Of a stretch of 64,000 nt of DNA, positions 50,186 to 63,496 are shown one piece after another. The position numbers and the translations under genes are program-made. This DNA is from the human T2T-CHM13v2.0 reference genome, Homo sapiens: the NCBI RefSeq assembly GCF_009914755.1, contig NC_060927.1. One strand, given 5' to 3'. Positions within the stretch are counted from its first letter, which is position 1. Each line of letters starts with the position of its first letter. The notes under the pieces were generated by a model that was not told the DNA's origin, did not search any database, and saw only the letters and a list, made by a program, of their open reading frames with translations.

Positions 50186-50860
50186 GCTGCAGAGCGCACT
50201 GCTGGCCGCCGGCGCTCCTGGCAGGGAGAAAGTGAAGGCTGTCCCCGCCTGTATTCCAGGGCTGCTCCAGGAGGTAAGCCCGGCCTCCTGCAGAAGCACC
50301 CACCCTTCTCTTCCCTGCTTCCCCCGCCTGCTCCTAGATGAACGCCGGGGCTCCTTCACTGCCTGCCACACAGTCGGTACTCAATCGACTTAGAGAATGA
50401 ATGGATGAAGGAACAACAGATAAGGGTGGCTGGCAGTAAGCACGACGACGAGCAACCCCGTTTCCTTCGCCTAACCAGGAGTCAGTCGCCGGGCTTCTGG
50501 AATGCCTGCCCCAGGTGAGCAGCTCCCGGGAGCCACCAGGCGGGAGAGGGGACGTCTGCTCAGGCAGGCCTGCTGCGCCTAAGCACAAGATGCGTTTGCT
50601 ATTTGGGGAGAGGCAAACCAGGCCGGGGGCAGCACGTGCAGGAGCCTGGCGAGGTCGGGGAGGGCAAGCCCTGTCCCCAAGACAGAACATGAATGTGCAC
50701 TGGGTGCTGGGCTCGGGGCATCAGCTCAGGCCCATGGAGGCGGAACGCCGGGCAAACGCCGAAGAGGGAACACGCATCGAGGCGAGGCGGGAAGAGTCCC
50801 GGGCTGCGGCGGCCGAGGTGGGGGCAGGGGTCGGGGTTCCCCTCCAGGTGCTGGCGGTAC

Positions 50861-51030
50861 CTGCGAGCGGATGCGCTGGGCGGCAGCGGGGAGTTGGACC
50901 GCGGCGGCAACTCCCGTACCGGATCCACAGCCACCTGGGCGAAGAGACTCCAAGACTGAGAGGAGCGTCCGCCGGTGCAGGGAGGGCCGCAGGCCCAGCC
51001 ACTCAGCTACGTTTGGCGGTTGCTAGGAGA
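50861..51030 (-). other. CFAP92: Candidate CFAP92 non-coding first exon (5' end approximate)
   Basis: donor CAG|gtaccg at 50861 inside CpG-rich region, downstream of GC boxes and X-box; TSS not determinable from sequence. Confidence 0.45.
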
Positions 51031-51031
51031 C
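51019..51031. promoter_or_regulatory. RFX X-box-like element GTTGCTAGGAGAC
   Basis: Imperfect palindrome resembling GTTGCY-N-RGNAAC RFX motif, in the promoter of a ciliary gene. Confidence 0.6.
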
Positions 51032-51323
51032 GCGAGGGCGTGCGGCCTGGGGGCGGGGCTCCGCGGGGCGGGGCTTTCCCCCTCAGCCACTGCGCGCAGT
51101 TTGTCAAATGGCTACATCCAGGTTCAGAAACCAGCTGCCTTCATTCCTTCACTCATGCATTCACTCATTAAGGAGTTTCTACTCGGAACGTCAGCACCTA
51201 CTATAAGCCTGGTCCTTGCCCGTACGATGGGAGGTAGGGGTTGATGGCTCCTTCCTCCCCCTCCATCAGCTCCCACCTCCCATTCTTTAATAAAAGCAAA
51301 GGAAGCTGTGGGCTCTGCAAACT

Positions 51324-51446
51324 CCAGACCTCCCCACGATCCCTCTCATTAGATTCTCTGCTTCTGTCGCCGATGTCCTTAAAAACCAGACCTCCCCACG
51401 ATCCCTCTCATTAGATTCTCTGCTTCTGTCGCTGATGTCCTTAAAA
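51324..51446. repeat. 62-bp tandem duplication
   Basis: Two copies of ccagacctccccacgatccctctcattagattctctgcttctgtcgc(c/t)gatgtccttaaaa. Confidence 0.95.
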
Positions 51447-52715
51447 TAGCATGAGAATTCTTGTTAGTGATCATGAGCGCCAACTCAGAGATGAGAAAAC
51501 AAAGCTTAGAGAGGTGAAGCGATTCGCCCGAGGTCACACAGCAAGTAGGGCGCAGCACTGTGTTGAAATCCGGACTGCCTGACTCCAAAGCCTCCGCTCG
51601 TCTGCTAAACCACCCAAGCTGAGAGCCCTGGCTGCGGCTCCTAATGTAGAGGACCTCAGCACAGCAAGCGGCTGGGACAGAGGGCTGAGGTAGGCCTCAT
51701 GGAGGAAGTGAGCAACGCCAAATCTGGGGGGTGACTAGGCAGAGGCGGTGAAAGCAAGAGAAAGCATCCCAGGTAGAGGAACAGCATATGCAAAGGCCCA
51801 TAGAGGTGAAAGGGCATGGCAAGTTTCAGGAATGGGTGGCGAGGCTGTAGCAGTGTGCAGGGCCCATGGTACATAGCCCCACAGGGCAGGTTAGGGCACA
51901 GGACTATGGGCAATGGGGAGCCAAGGCAGGTCTTCTGTTGAGGGAGGGCACCCTGCTCCGGCAGTCAGTTTGTTCAAGAGAATGGGAGCTGAGGCTACAC
52001 ACAAGCTTGGCTATTAAGAAAACTTTAGCTGAGTTGAGCTATGACCTACTTTGTGTCAAAGAGCAAAACCGTGGCGCAGCTGGGGCTGAGACCCAAGTCC
52101 TGAGCCTCCCAGTGCATGCCTCCCCAGACCGCTCTCAGGGCATGGGACAGCCCCTTTAATACTGGGTGCTCCAATACCCCTCGGGTTCAGTCTGAAAAAC
52201 AGCCTCAAGTACAGCTGTTAGGGAAGACACCAAATGGCAGTGGGCCCTGTGAGGAGTGGGTTCAAACTCTTAGCACGAGAACGGCAACCACCTTGCCCAC
52301 ACCCCACCTGCAGCAGCCTGGAGACTGCTGTCTGTATGCCAGGAAGTGCTCAGGAGACACATGAAGGGCTGGAAGAATACAAAGCTACTCAGATACACCA
52401 GCCCCCAAAAGGGCCCTTTAACAAGGGCAGTTCAACACTACCACCACTCTTGGACAGACATCAGGCCTCCTGCTCCCCAGGTCCTACCCACTGGCCTGAG
52501 GCTGGTTTCCCTCCAAAGGTTCCTAGATCACATCACCACCTAGGACAGAAGCCAATCTCTTCCCAAGCTCAATAGTGAGAGGCCAGAGGTCTTGGACCAA
52601 GGGCCAATGTGCCATCCTGGATGTGCACTGGAAACACCTACATGTCAAAAATACAATTCTGAGGCTTCATTAAAGACCTGTGGAAGTGACTCTCCAGGGG
52701 TGGAGCTTAGAAACC

Positions 52716-53260
52716 AGTGGCAGATTGTATTTTCCAAAGACAGCCACCTCAAAAGATCCCCTCCCACATAATCTTCCGGCAGGCATTGTGAGGTTCACAT
52801 TCCTCCCACCCAGTTGGGGGGTCTAGTCTCCTTCTCTGGAAACTGGGCAGACCTCTGTGACTGGCTCAGTCAAAAGAGTGCAGAGGAAATGACACTATGT
52901 GATTTCTGAGGCCAGGTCATATAAATTCCATCTACCTCTGCCCTGTTCTTTTGAGGTATAGTATTCATGCTAGGAATCCAGCTAGCATGTTGTGAGGAAG
53001 CCCAAGCAGCCATGTGAAATGGCCACATGAAACTGTTGTGACTGACGGTTCCCAGCCAATTGCAGCCTCAACCCCCAGACATATGAGAGTGCAAGACTTC
53101 AAATGATCCCAGCCCTCAGTCTTTGAGCCACCCTGGCTGACATTGAGGAACAGAAACAAGCTGTCTCCATCATGAGAAATTGTAGATTTATAAGCAAATT
53201 GTTGCTCTCTTAAACCACTAAGTTTTGGGGTGATTTGTTGTGCAATAAATAATAGGAACG
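52716..53260 (+). mobile_element. Old MLT1-type LTR
   Basis: tgtggcagattgtattttccaaaga start; tgttgctctcttaaaccactaagttttgggg end motif. Confidence 0.55.
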
Positions 53261-53487
53261 GGAGCCATATTTTTAAATTACCACCAAGATTGTATTGCAC
53301 AACCAGAATATGGAACCACTGCCCTGAGAGAGATGGTGTCTGGGTCAAGACCTAGGGCATCACAGGATGAAGTGAGGGCAAAGGTGTGCTACCCACTACT
53401 CAGGTATGAGACAGTGGTGGGTCTACAACCCTACCTCAGTGAAGATGGCTTCAGGGCTGGCAGATCAGAAGCAAAGGAAGGGGGGCT

Positions 53488-54020
53488 TCTGTTTCAGTTA
53501 TCTGTTACTGAGTAAAAACCATCCCCAAACTTAATGGTGTCAAACAAACACTTGTTATTTCTCACCACTCCATGCATCAGCTGAGTAGTTCTCTGCTGGC
53601 CTCGCCTGGGCTCACTCCCTATGCTGTGCTCAGCTGGAGGACCAACATGGCTGGAAGCTGCCAGAAGTCCTCACTTGCATGTCTGGCAGTTGCTGCTGGC
53701 TCTTCGTGGGCCCGCTGGTTCCCCTCCATGGGTTCCCCCGCCCCCAGTGGTACACCAGCTTCCTTCTATGTGGTGCCTCATCTCCTCATAGCCCGGCCTG
53801 GCTTCCTCAGATGGCATTCTCAGAGCAGGGATCCCAGAGGGCAAAGAAGAAGTTGCAAGGCCTCTTGGGACCTAGGCGTGGAACCAGCACCATGTCACTC
53901 TGCTACATGCCATTAACCAAAGCAAGTCATGAGGCTGGCCCCACTTCAAGGGGATGAAGACATGGACTGTACATCTGGTAAGCAGAGGGACAAGCATCCA
54001 GGGGCAGGAGGTGTTCAAGG
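53488..54020 (-). mobile_element. Old MLT1-type LTR
   Basis: ccccaaacttaatggt..aaacaa...catgtcactctgctacat..cattaaccaaagcaagtca pattern. Confidence 0.5.
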
Positions 54021-54179
54021 TCACTGAACAATCCATCCCTTCATCCTTACTCTGCCGGGTGGAGGGTTCCCAAGCTCCCACAGGCTATGTAGAGGCCTTC
54101 CTGAAGCTATCCCAAGACTCTGGCAGCTGGAAGCATATTGGGAATCAGCTACATACACCTTCTTCTTGCCCCTTCCCCA

Positions 54180-55265
54180 TTTTTAACAGCTTTATTGAAG
54201 TATTTTTTATTTAATAAAATCCATCCATTTCAAGCGTAGAATTCAATGATTTTCAGTAACTTTACCTAGTGCTGTAATCATCATCATAAATTCATTTTAG
54301 AACATTTTCATCCCCCTAATAAGACTTCATGCACATTTATAATTAATCTCTGTTCCAACTCCCAGTCCTAGGCAACCATATCTACTTTGTTTCTAAAAAT
54401 TGGCCTTTTCTAGACATTTCCTATAAATTGAGTCAGACACTGTGTTCTGGCTTTGTGACTGGTTTCTTTCACCTACCGTTATGTTTCCAAGGTTTATTTA
54501 TGTTGAGGCATGTGTCAGTATTTCATTCCTTTTCATGACTGAATAATATTCTATTGTATGGACAGACCACAGTTTGCCTATCCATTCATCAGTTAATGGG
54601 CATTTGGCTTGGGCATTTAGACATTTATGAACAACGTTGCTATGAACATTCCCACACAAGTCTTTGTGTGGATGTGTTTTCATCTCTCTTGGGTCGATAT
54701 CTAGGAGTGGAAGAGTTGGGTCGTATGGTCATTTTGTGATTAACTTCTTGAGAAACTGCCAAACTATCTTCCACAGGGGCTGCATCATTTTGTGTTCCCA
54801 TCAACAACATGAAGTTTCCTGTTTCTCCAAATTCTTGACAAGATTTATTGCCTGTTTTATTCACTACAGCTATTCTCATGAGTATAATATAGTATTTCAT
54901 CATAGTTTTCATGTGCATTTCCCTAACAAGAATACTGAGATTGTTTTATGCACATGTTGGCTATTTATACAACTTCTTTGGTGAAATGTCTGTTTGTATC
55001 TTCACCCACTTTTTGATTGGATTGTTTGTCTTCTTGTTACTGAGTTGTTAAGAGTTCATTGTAAATTCGGAATATAAGTCCTTTACTGGGCATATGTTTT
55101 ACAAATATTTTCTCCTAGTCTCTTGTTCGTCATATTTTCTTAATAGTGTCTTTTGAAGTGCAAATGTTTTGAACTTTGATGAAGGTCCGATTCATCATTT
55201 TTTTCTTTTTTGGATCATGCATTTGGTGTCGTATCTAAGAAATCTTTGACTAACAACAGGCCTAT
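54180..55265 (-). mobile_element. Old L1M 3' remnant
   Basis: ttttaacagctttattga...ctgaataatattctattgtatgga...gaaactgccaaact pattern. Confidence 0.75.
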
Positions 55266-56392
55266 TTTTAATAGAAGTAAAGCTTGGTGTCTGAACACTA
55301 AGCAAATCTACTAACCAAGACCCCTAAAAACCCAAAAGCTTTATGACACTGAAAATAATGGCCCAAGGACATTCCCAGACAGTTCTGGGCTCTGGATAGA
55401 ACAACACAAGTTTCCAAAAAACAGTCTGATAATACCACAAGCTTATAAAATATGTATACTCCTTGGCCCAGTAATAAATCACTCAAGATATGGCACAAAC
55501 TGTTCACAGTATGGTTTTTGCGGAGAAAAGCTGAAAACCACCTCAGTGGGCATCTGTGGGGGATGACAAAGCACCTTATAGTTCATCCCCAGGGAGCACA
55601 GAGCAGCCTCTGGAGCAGTGTCTGCAAAGAAACCACAGCCAAGCTGTTTACAAAGCTCAGTTCCTGTGCAAAGAAAGATCCCAATGGCGCCCTTTCCACT
55701 GTGCTTTTCATGTCAAGTTGAATGAGCTACGATTTGCACACTGTAAAATTCAGATGTACACAGTCATGCAACCACTACACCATGAAGATAGAGTATTTCA
55801 ATCACTCCAAAAAGTTCTTTCATGCCCAAATACATAGAAAAGTCTGGAAATAAATACATCAGAAATACACAGTGATCCTCTCTTGGTGGCAGAATGGTGG
55901 ATGATTTTTGCTTTTTAGCATTTTCCCGGACCTTTAAAAGACACTTTAAACAATATACTATTTGAAATGGCTCAAACAATACTGAACTGACTTCAGAAAA
56001 TCATTTCTTTGCCACAGCCCTGACTCTCTCCCACACAGACACACGCCCATCCCCCCAGCTCATACAAAAGAACGCAAGGAGACCTCTGAGTTTGCTCACT
56101 TTGAACCTTAAACAAAAACCTTGTGGATGCAACCAGAATTATTTCAGAGGTGCCTGGTAACACCGCAGGGCAGACAGACAGGCCTGACAGCAAACCATTA
56201 TCAACCCTTACTTCCCTGAGCTGTAGGGGAGTGGAGGCCGGCAACGGCTCCCAGCAAGACATTTAAAAGCTTTCTTTTCAATATTGACTGGCCCAGGAAA
56301 GCTACTGTTCAAAGGATTCCTTCACCAGCTGCAGGGATGGGGGGTGGGGAGGGTGTTGCACTCTTGCCTGGGCTACCAGCTCTTAGGGCTGA

Positions 56393-56750
<358 letters not shown>

Positions 56751-57899
56751 TAACAAAAGGGAAATACTGCAGTGTCTCCCATCTGCAGAAAGAACCACTG
56801 AATCCACTTATGAATCCCTCCATCTTCTTCTGTGCACTCACATACACATGTCCTAGTAGAAAATACTTAGTATTGTTTTGTGTGTTTTTGTTCTTGTTAT
56901 GTAAGCATCAGTGTTGTGCATAATCAGCTTGTGGCTTGCTGTGTCCGCTCATCCTCGTTTGCTGAGTCCTAGCTGATTTGATGGACACCAGGTTGTCTCC
57001 AGTTTCTCACTGTAATAAACAATGATGCAGTGAACATCCTGTGCACAGTGGCTTTCGAAGGTAGAAGCCAAGAAGTGGACGTGATGTAAAAACTTTGTCA
57101 AATTGCCATTACTTTTATAATTAAAAACAAACCTAAAAGAATATGTCCAAAATGCTTGGGGAGAAGCCTCTAACTCCTTCCCAGCAGATATGTACTCTGG
57201 GCAAAGCCTTCAAGAACAAGTACGAATTTGCCAAATGGACAACGTGCTGATTCTGGGATACTGTGGCAGAGGAGACAGAATGCTATCGCTTTTCAAACGG
57301 CAAGATTTTACATTTAAACTCACAGAGTTATCCACAAGGCAAGATTCTGTCTCTGTCATAGCTAGGAACAGCTGAAGAGTCTGCCTCTTGCTCCAACATG
57401 GCTGGGTACCGTGGCTGGATAACCGTTCCCGGTGCAGGTAACAGGTGGACAATATCACAATATCACTGCACCCCTCTCGTGAAAAAGAAAGGGAACACAG
57501 TCTAGCACTCACCAGAGAAGCAGGTTTTTCTTCATCTTCCAGAAATGTGTTCTAAAACACCAGAAAAAAACATCAGCCAATCATCGACCTGTTAACCTAA
57601 CCCCAGCTCAAGAGATGGAACTCGGATCCCATTGCCAAGTCAGCACCGGCAGGCACAAAGGTGGCAGGGCCGGGAGACACCACTTTCCCGAGAGTCCTAT
57701 CCCCACCCCCAACAGGGATCGGGAGAGAGCAGTTAGCACAGGGCTCGTCTCAGATGGGCTTCTCACCAGCGGGGTGCCCCTAACCTAGACCCCTTGCCTC
57801 TCCAAGCCTGTTTCCCTCTCTTTCCCAGTTACTACTTGGGGCTCTTTGCACGGTCTATGGTGGCACAAGAAGTGGGTTCGGAAACCCAGTAGCTGAATT

Positions 57900-59300
57900 G
57901 AAGCGGAGGGGAGGCTTTTCCGCACCTACGGCTACAGGGCGGCGAGAGCAGGCTTGCCAGGCAACCCTCGAAAGGCCTTCCGGGAAGAGGGGGAAGAGTG
58001 ACGCTTGGGTGTGGGGGCACATCCCCAGCAACCGGACGAGGCCGCCACCCCCAAGGCCCTCCTGGGCTTCGGATCCCGCGCCAACCCCTCGCCCAGGTCT
58101 CGGAGCGAACTCTCCGCGCCAGGCGGGCGGGGCGGAGGGAGGAGGGAGTTGAGAGTGGACGGCCGGGAGTGGGAGGAAAAGCGCAGACGCCAGGAACGCC
58201 CCGTGAGTGAGGAGAGGAGAGCGTGGGAGTCACGCGGAGAAGCCAGACCCAGACGCCGACCGGGCACTGGTGGCGCTGCCGGGGTCCCGGGGGTTCCTGG
58301 ACCCCCTACCCCAGGCCCCTCCAAAGCAACTGGGGTAAACCAGACGCACTGTGAGGCCAGCGCAGCTGCTGGACACGGTCCCCGGCGCCGCTCCAACCAG
58401 ACCGCGACCGCTAAGCCCCTCCTTTCGAGAAACTCTGGGGCCGCCCCTGGAAGTGGCGGGGCGAAGGGACCGGAGGAGGGACCGGAGGAGCGAGGCGCGC
58501 GGCGCAGCGATGGAGCCGGTCAGCGCGGGCGCGGAGGCCGGCATGGAGGGCGCGGGAGGTGACCCGTACCGGCGACCTGCGCGGCGCACGCAGTGGCTGC
58601 TGAGCGCCCTGGCGCACCACTACGGGCTGGACCGCGGCGTGGAGAACGAGATCGTGGTGCTGGCCACCGGCCTGGACCAGTACCTGCAGGAGGTCTTCCA
58701 CCACCTGGACTGCCGCGGCGCCGGCCGTCTGCCCCGCGCCGACTTCCGAGCGCTCTGCGCTGTGCTGGGGCTGCGCGCGGAGGGGGCCACCACGGCCGGG
58801 CAGGCAGCAGGTGACGGGAACTCCAGAGATGTGACCCCCGGGGATGCGGCCGCTGAGTTGGCCACGGACGGGGACTCAGATACCGATGAAGAGGCGCGCC
58901 TGGCGCTGCGCGCCGAGCCGCCGGAGCTCACCTTCCGCCAGTTCCACGCGCGCCTCTGTGGCTACTTCGGCACCCGTGCGGGGCCCCGGCTGCCCCGCGG
59001 CGCTCTCAGCGAGCACATCGAGACGCAGATCCGCCTGCGCCGTCCGCGCCGCCGCCGCCGCCCGCCCTGCGCGCCTGGCCCCGACAGCGGTCCTGACTGT
59101 GAGCGCGTTGCGCGGCTGGAGGAGGAGAATAGCAGCTTGCGCGAGTTGGTGGAGGACCTGCGCGCCGCGCTGCAGAGCAGTGATGCGCGCTGCCTAGCAC
59201 TGCAGGTGCGCGCCGGCCACGAAGGGAGGGTGGTAACGCCCGGGAGAGGGCTCGAACTAAAAGCTGGCTGGCTGCGGAGCCCGACAGGACAGAGTCAGAG
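57900..59300. promoter_or_regulatory. CpG island over EFCC1 promoter and exon 1
   Basis: Very high GC/CpG; GC boxes near 58121-58140. Confidence 0.8.
58510..59205 (+). CDS. EFCC1: EFCC1 (CCDC48) coding exon 1, EF-hand and coiled-coil domain protein
   Basis: ATG 58510, [67 protein letters not shown]...; donor CAG|gtgcgc; 696 nt, phase 0. Confidence 0.92.
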
Positions 59301-60499
59301 GAAGGGGAGACAGAGGGCAGCCCCACACCATCCCACTCCGCATCAGCCCACTTGCATCTTGCCCCTGTTCCTCCCCATTCCACTCCAGTCCCCAACCCTA
59401 TTCTTACCACCTATTCCATTCCTGAAAACCCCAATCACACTCAAACAACCATACCCCACTTTTCTGCTCCACCGCCACATCATCGCGTCTTGCCCCTTTA
59501 ACCTAGGAATTGCACCTGTCTGGGTAGTCTCACATATTCCCTTTCAACAAGCATCTTTCTCTCTCCTTCCTGCCAGGCTTCTGGGAGGTTTAGGAGACAG
59601 AAGTGTGAAGAAGGCCCTGTCCTCACCTTTAGGGATATCCCTGCCTCCTGGGGTAGACTGACAGCTCCTTCTGTCAATCAGCAAAGACTTATGGGGCTCC
59701 CTGTGGGAGAAACAGAGACAAGTGAGAAACAGACAATGTGGCTCACACTGTGGATCAGGCACTCACGGGCCACCAAGTGCCTGCGGGAACCAGACCCGCT
59801 CTGGGCTATTGAGAAGAAACCATGGGGTGAGATAGGGACCCAGCCTTAGCATCTGGGAGCCGTCGACAAACACTTAAGCACTGTGCCAGCCGAGCACCAA
59901 GGGCAGTGCTGGGCCGCAGGGGTCAGAGGAGGAAAGGAACAGCCCCTACCCCAGGCGACAACAGGCCAGGAAGAAACTGACATTATATGACCCCGCCTTA
60001 GCTCAGGACACTGCAGAGTGCAGGGAAGTGGCAAGGTGTGGTTTTCAGTGTCAGTGTGCATGGAAGCCAGGGTGGAGGCGGGAAACTACTCCTCTGATGT
60101 GGAATCCCAAGTAACGTACGGGGAGCCATGGGATGCGCCTGAACGGTCTTCCGGCATCTCTCATGCTTGGTATTTATTGAGCACCTACTATGTGCCAGGT
60201 TTGTTTTAGGCTCTGGGAACACACCAGTAAAGACAGATAGAAACCACCCTCAAAAGCCTCTAGTGAGCAGGCACGGGGAGGGCTGGAAATGCCACTGGGG
60301 GGAGTCTAGGAGATGAGGAACCGCCACCCGGCAGGCTGAACGCCGCCAACACAGTAGGCCGAGAAGAGTCGCGAGGTTGGTACTATAGAGGGAACAGAAT
60401 ACAGGCGTCGTGTCTCAGTTTCCTTCAGTGAAAAAACGTTGGGGGGTGGGGGATGAGGAGGAATCAGAGCTTGGGCCTCCCTGGGGATGTGGCGAGGGT

Positions 60500-61060
60500 T
60501 AAAGGAGCTTGGACGCACCGGACCTAAGGGCCTGGCACCCGGAAGCAGACGGCGCAAGAAACGTGCTCAAGCGCTTCTGGGTGCAGAGGCATGGGGCCGC
60601 CGTCGTGGCGGGCGTTCGTCTGGTGCATCTGGCTGGGGCACTTACCCCCTGCCCCTGCTGCCCTGTCCCCGCAGGTCGGACTCTGGAAGAGCCAGGCGAG
60701 CACCCACGAGATGGGGCACGGCGGGCCGGAGGCTGCGGTGCGGGAGCTGCGTCAGGCGCAGGGCGCCCTGGCTGCGGCGGAGGCCCGCGCTGGGCGGCTG
60801 CGCCGTGGCCAGGCCGAGGTGCGGCGGCGCGCGGAGGAGGCCCGGCAGGTGGTGCTGCGCAGCCTGCACCGCGTGCGAGAGCTGGAGGCGCTGGCGCAAC
60901 AGGTGCCCGGCTTGCAGCGCTGGGTGCGGCGGCTGGAGGCGGAGCTGCAACGCTACAGGTGAGCGGGGGCGCGTGCCCTGGGCCCAAGTTCCCCAGTTCG
61001 GCTCCCATTTTCCCAAACTTCGGGTGTGCAATCCCCCTCCCACGCGCTCTCGTGTTCCGC
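60500..61060. promoter_or_regulatory. Intragenic CpG island over EFCC1 exon 2
   Basis: High CpG density around exon 2. Confidence 0.6.
60675..60958 (+). CDS. EFCC1: EFCC1 coding exon 2 (coiled coil); gene continues beyond right edge
   Basis: acceptor ccctgtccccgcag|[18 protein letters not shown]...LEAELQRY, donor AG|gtgagc; 284 nt. Confidence 0.9.
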
Positions 61061-61152
61061 AGTTTCTCCATGCGTTTATTCATGTATTCTTTCATTCCTT
61101 TGTCAGTTCTCCATTTCTTAAGTTATAAGTCTGCTCCATTGCTTGCTCTGCA

Positions 61153-61450
61153 ACCATCTGCCCACCCATCCATTTATCCATCCATCTGTCCATCCATTCA
61201 CCCACCCCACACACCCACCCATCCATCCATCCATTTGTCCATTCACTCACCCACCCCACCCACCCATCCATCCACTCACCCATCCATCCACTCACCCATT
61301 CATCCATCCACCTATCCACTCACCTACCCACCCGTCCATCCATCTATTCATCCATCCACTCACTCACCCACCCATCCACTCACCCACCCACCCATCCATC
61401 ATCCATCCATCCCCCCACCCACCCAGCCAGCCAGCCGTCCATCCATCCTC
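61153..61450. repeat. (CCAT/CCAC)n degenerate microsatellite
   Basis: catccatccacccacc... tract. Confidence 0.92.
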
Positions 61451-61959
61451 CTGTTCATCCACAAACACCCTCTATTTGTTTATCATAGATTGCAGTTGAA
61501 TGTGCTCATTCTTATTTGTTCCTGGATTCGATCATAATGATAATAGCTTACAGTTACTAAGCACTCGCTGTTTGCCAGGCCTTGAGCTAAGTACTTTATG
61601 TGGCTTAACTCATTTAAGCCTCACAGCTGCCCTGTGAGGTGGGTACTGCTATGTTTCCACTCTGTAGATGAGGAAACAGGTGTGTAATGACTGCCTGTGC
61701 TAGCTCCACCAGGGCAGGAAGCTGGACTTGGGACCCAGGTTCAAATCTTGGCAGGGCTTTTGGCAGACGTGTGAGTGTGGGCAAGTCACCACCCCTCACA
61801 GACCCTGCTTCCTCTTGGGTGGAACACAGATTGGGGTCCCTGCCTGTGGGAGTGGCTGTGAAGAGGCCATGAGGTCCTGCCTGGCACATGGTAGATGCTT
61901 GGTAGACAGAGCCTCTCTCCCTTTCAAATCACAAGTCACCCCTGCCTGCTGGCCGGCCT

Positions 61960-62620
61960 GACTACACATTTGCTGAGCACTTTCTGTGTGCCAGGGGCCA
62001 TCCCAGGCATCAGGGATGTGACCACGTGACTAGGACAGACTGAATTCCCTGCCCTGAGCAGCCACCTGTGAGCAGGTGAGACCTTCACAGGAACAGATGC
62101 GTGGCAGCAGGCAGGAGGTGGGGGACACTCATCAGCCTGCCCCCAAAGAAGTGACACTTGAGGATAGGATGTTACCGGGCCAGATGGAGAGAGGAGAAGA
62201 GAGAACATTCCATTCTAGAAAATTGGAACAGTATGGGCAAAGCCCTAGGGCAGAAGGGACCATTCAAAAACTAAAAGGAGGCCAGAGTGGCTGGAGGGGT
62301 AGAGCTGAAGGGAGGCCCATTTAGGGCCTGGAAGGTGGCAGCAAGGATTTCAGTTTTTCCCTTAAGAGAAAGAACATGAAACCATGGAAAAGTTTTAAGT
62401 AAGGAGGTGACAGAAGCAGATTTCAATAAAAAGTTACCCTGGCTACAATGTGACAAAGAGATGGGCAGATGGGGAGAGCAGGAGACAGTGCAGAGCCCAG
62501 TGAGGGGCTCCTGCCATCCCTGATCCTGAGAGGAAGGTGGTCTAGCCCAGGCTGGGGGTGGAGCAGCCAGAAGGGGTGGCCTTGAACCTACTGGACATCT
62601 GAGAAGCTCACAGCTGGGAG
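61960..62620 (-). mobile_element. L2 remnant (others at ~40430-41080, 51620-51900)
   Basis: catttgctgagcactttctgtgtgccagg...ggaaaagttttaagtaagg L2 motifs. Confidence 0.5.
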
Positions 62621-63189
62621 ATGGTAAGGCATGGGGCTAGAGGGAGGCCTCCAAAGAGGCAGACTCTGGGCCAGCCTCCTGCAGCATGCAGTGTTTGGAG
62701 AGCCACTTCCTGTTTGCATAGCTGATGGCTAAAGAGCAGGGCTGGTTGGCTTGAGGCCCACATCCAGCCTTGGAACTTTATCCAAGAGGAGAAATAAAGG
62801 GGCTCTTCTTTGTTTATTTCTAAAATCACAACTAGTCCTCTATAGCAGAATGCTACAAGTGACTACAAACATTGGCATAGCCCTTTACAATAGAAAAAGT
62901 GGATTCATAGCCAATGCACCATTTAGTCCCCATAAGGTTGTACAAGGTAGATGTTTTATCCCCAGTTTACAGATTGTGAGAAATGAGGCACTGAGAAGTT
63001 AAGTAATGTACCCAAGGCCACACAGCCAGAAAGTAGGAAAGTCAAATCAGCCTGGCCCCACTGCCTGTGTGCTTCGATTCACAGTTACACGATGGCTGCT
63101 GTGCCTCCAGACCTTGCATCTGCTGATCGGGCATAAGAAGAAACCTGCGAGGCTAGTCCTGTTAGTCAGTCCCAAACAAAACTGGAGTT

Positions 63190-63496
<307 letters not shown>

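Larger units (their letters stand above)
50400..51100. promoter_or_regulatory. CpG island / CFAP92 promoter with GC boxes (51051-51074)
   Basis: High GC and CpG density, GGGCGGGG repeats, just upstream of first coding exon. Confidence 0.75.

Noticed and set aside
50515-51171. 218-aa plus-strand ORF in the CFAP92 promoter
   Set aside because: Non-ATG start in stop-poor CpG island, low-complexity Arg/Gly/Ala product, no recognisable domain
58351-59661. 436-aa single-exon EFCC1 ORF
   Set aside because: True start is ATG 58510; sequence after the donor at 59205 is intron read-through
60509-61537. 342-aa ORF
   Set aside because: Alternate frame of GC-rich exon 2 running into the (CCAT)n microsatellite
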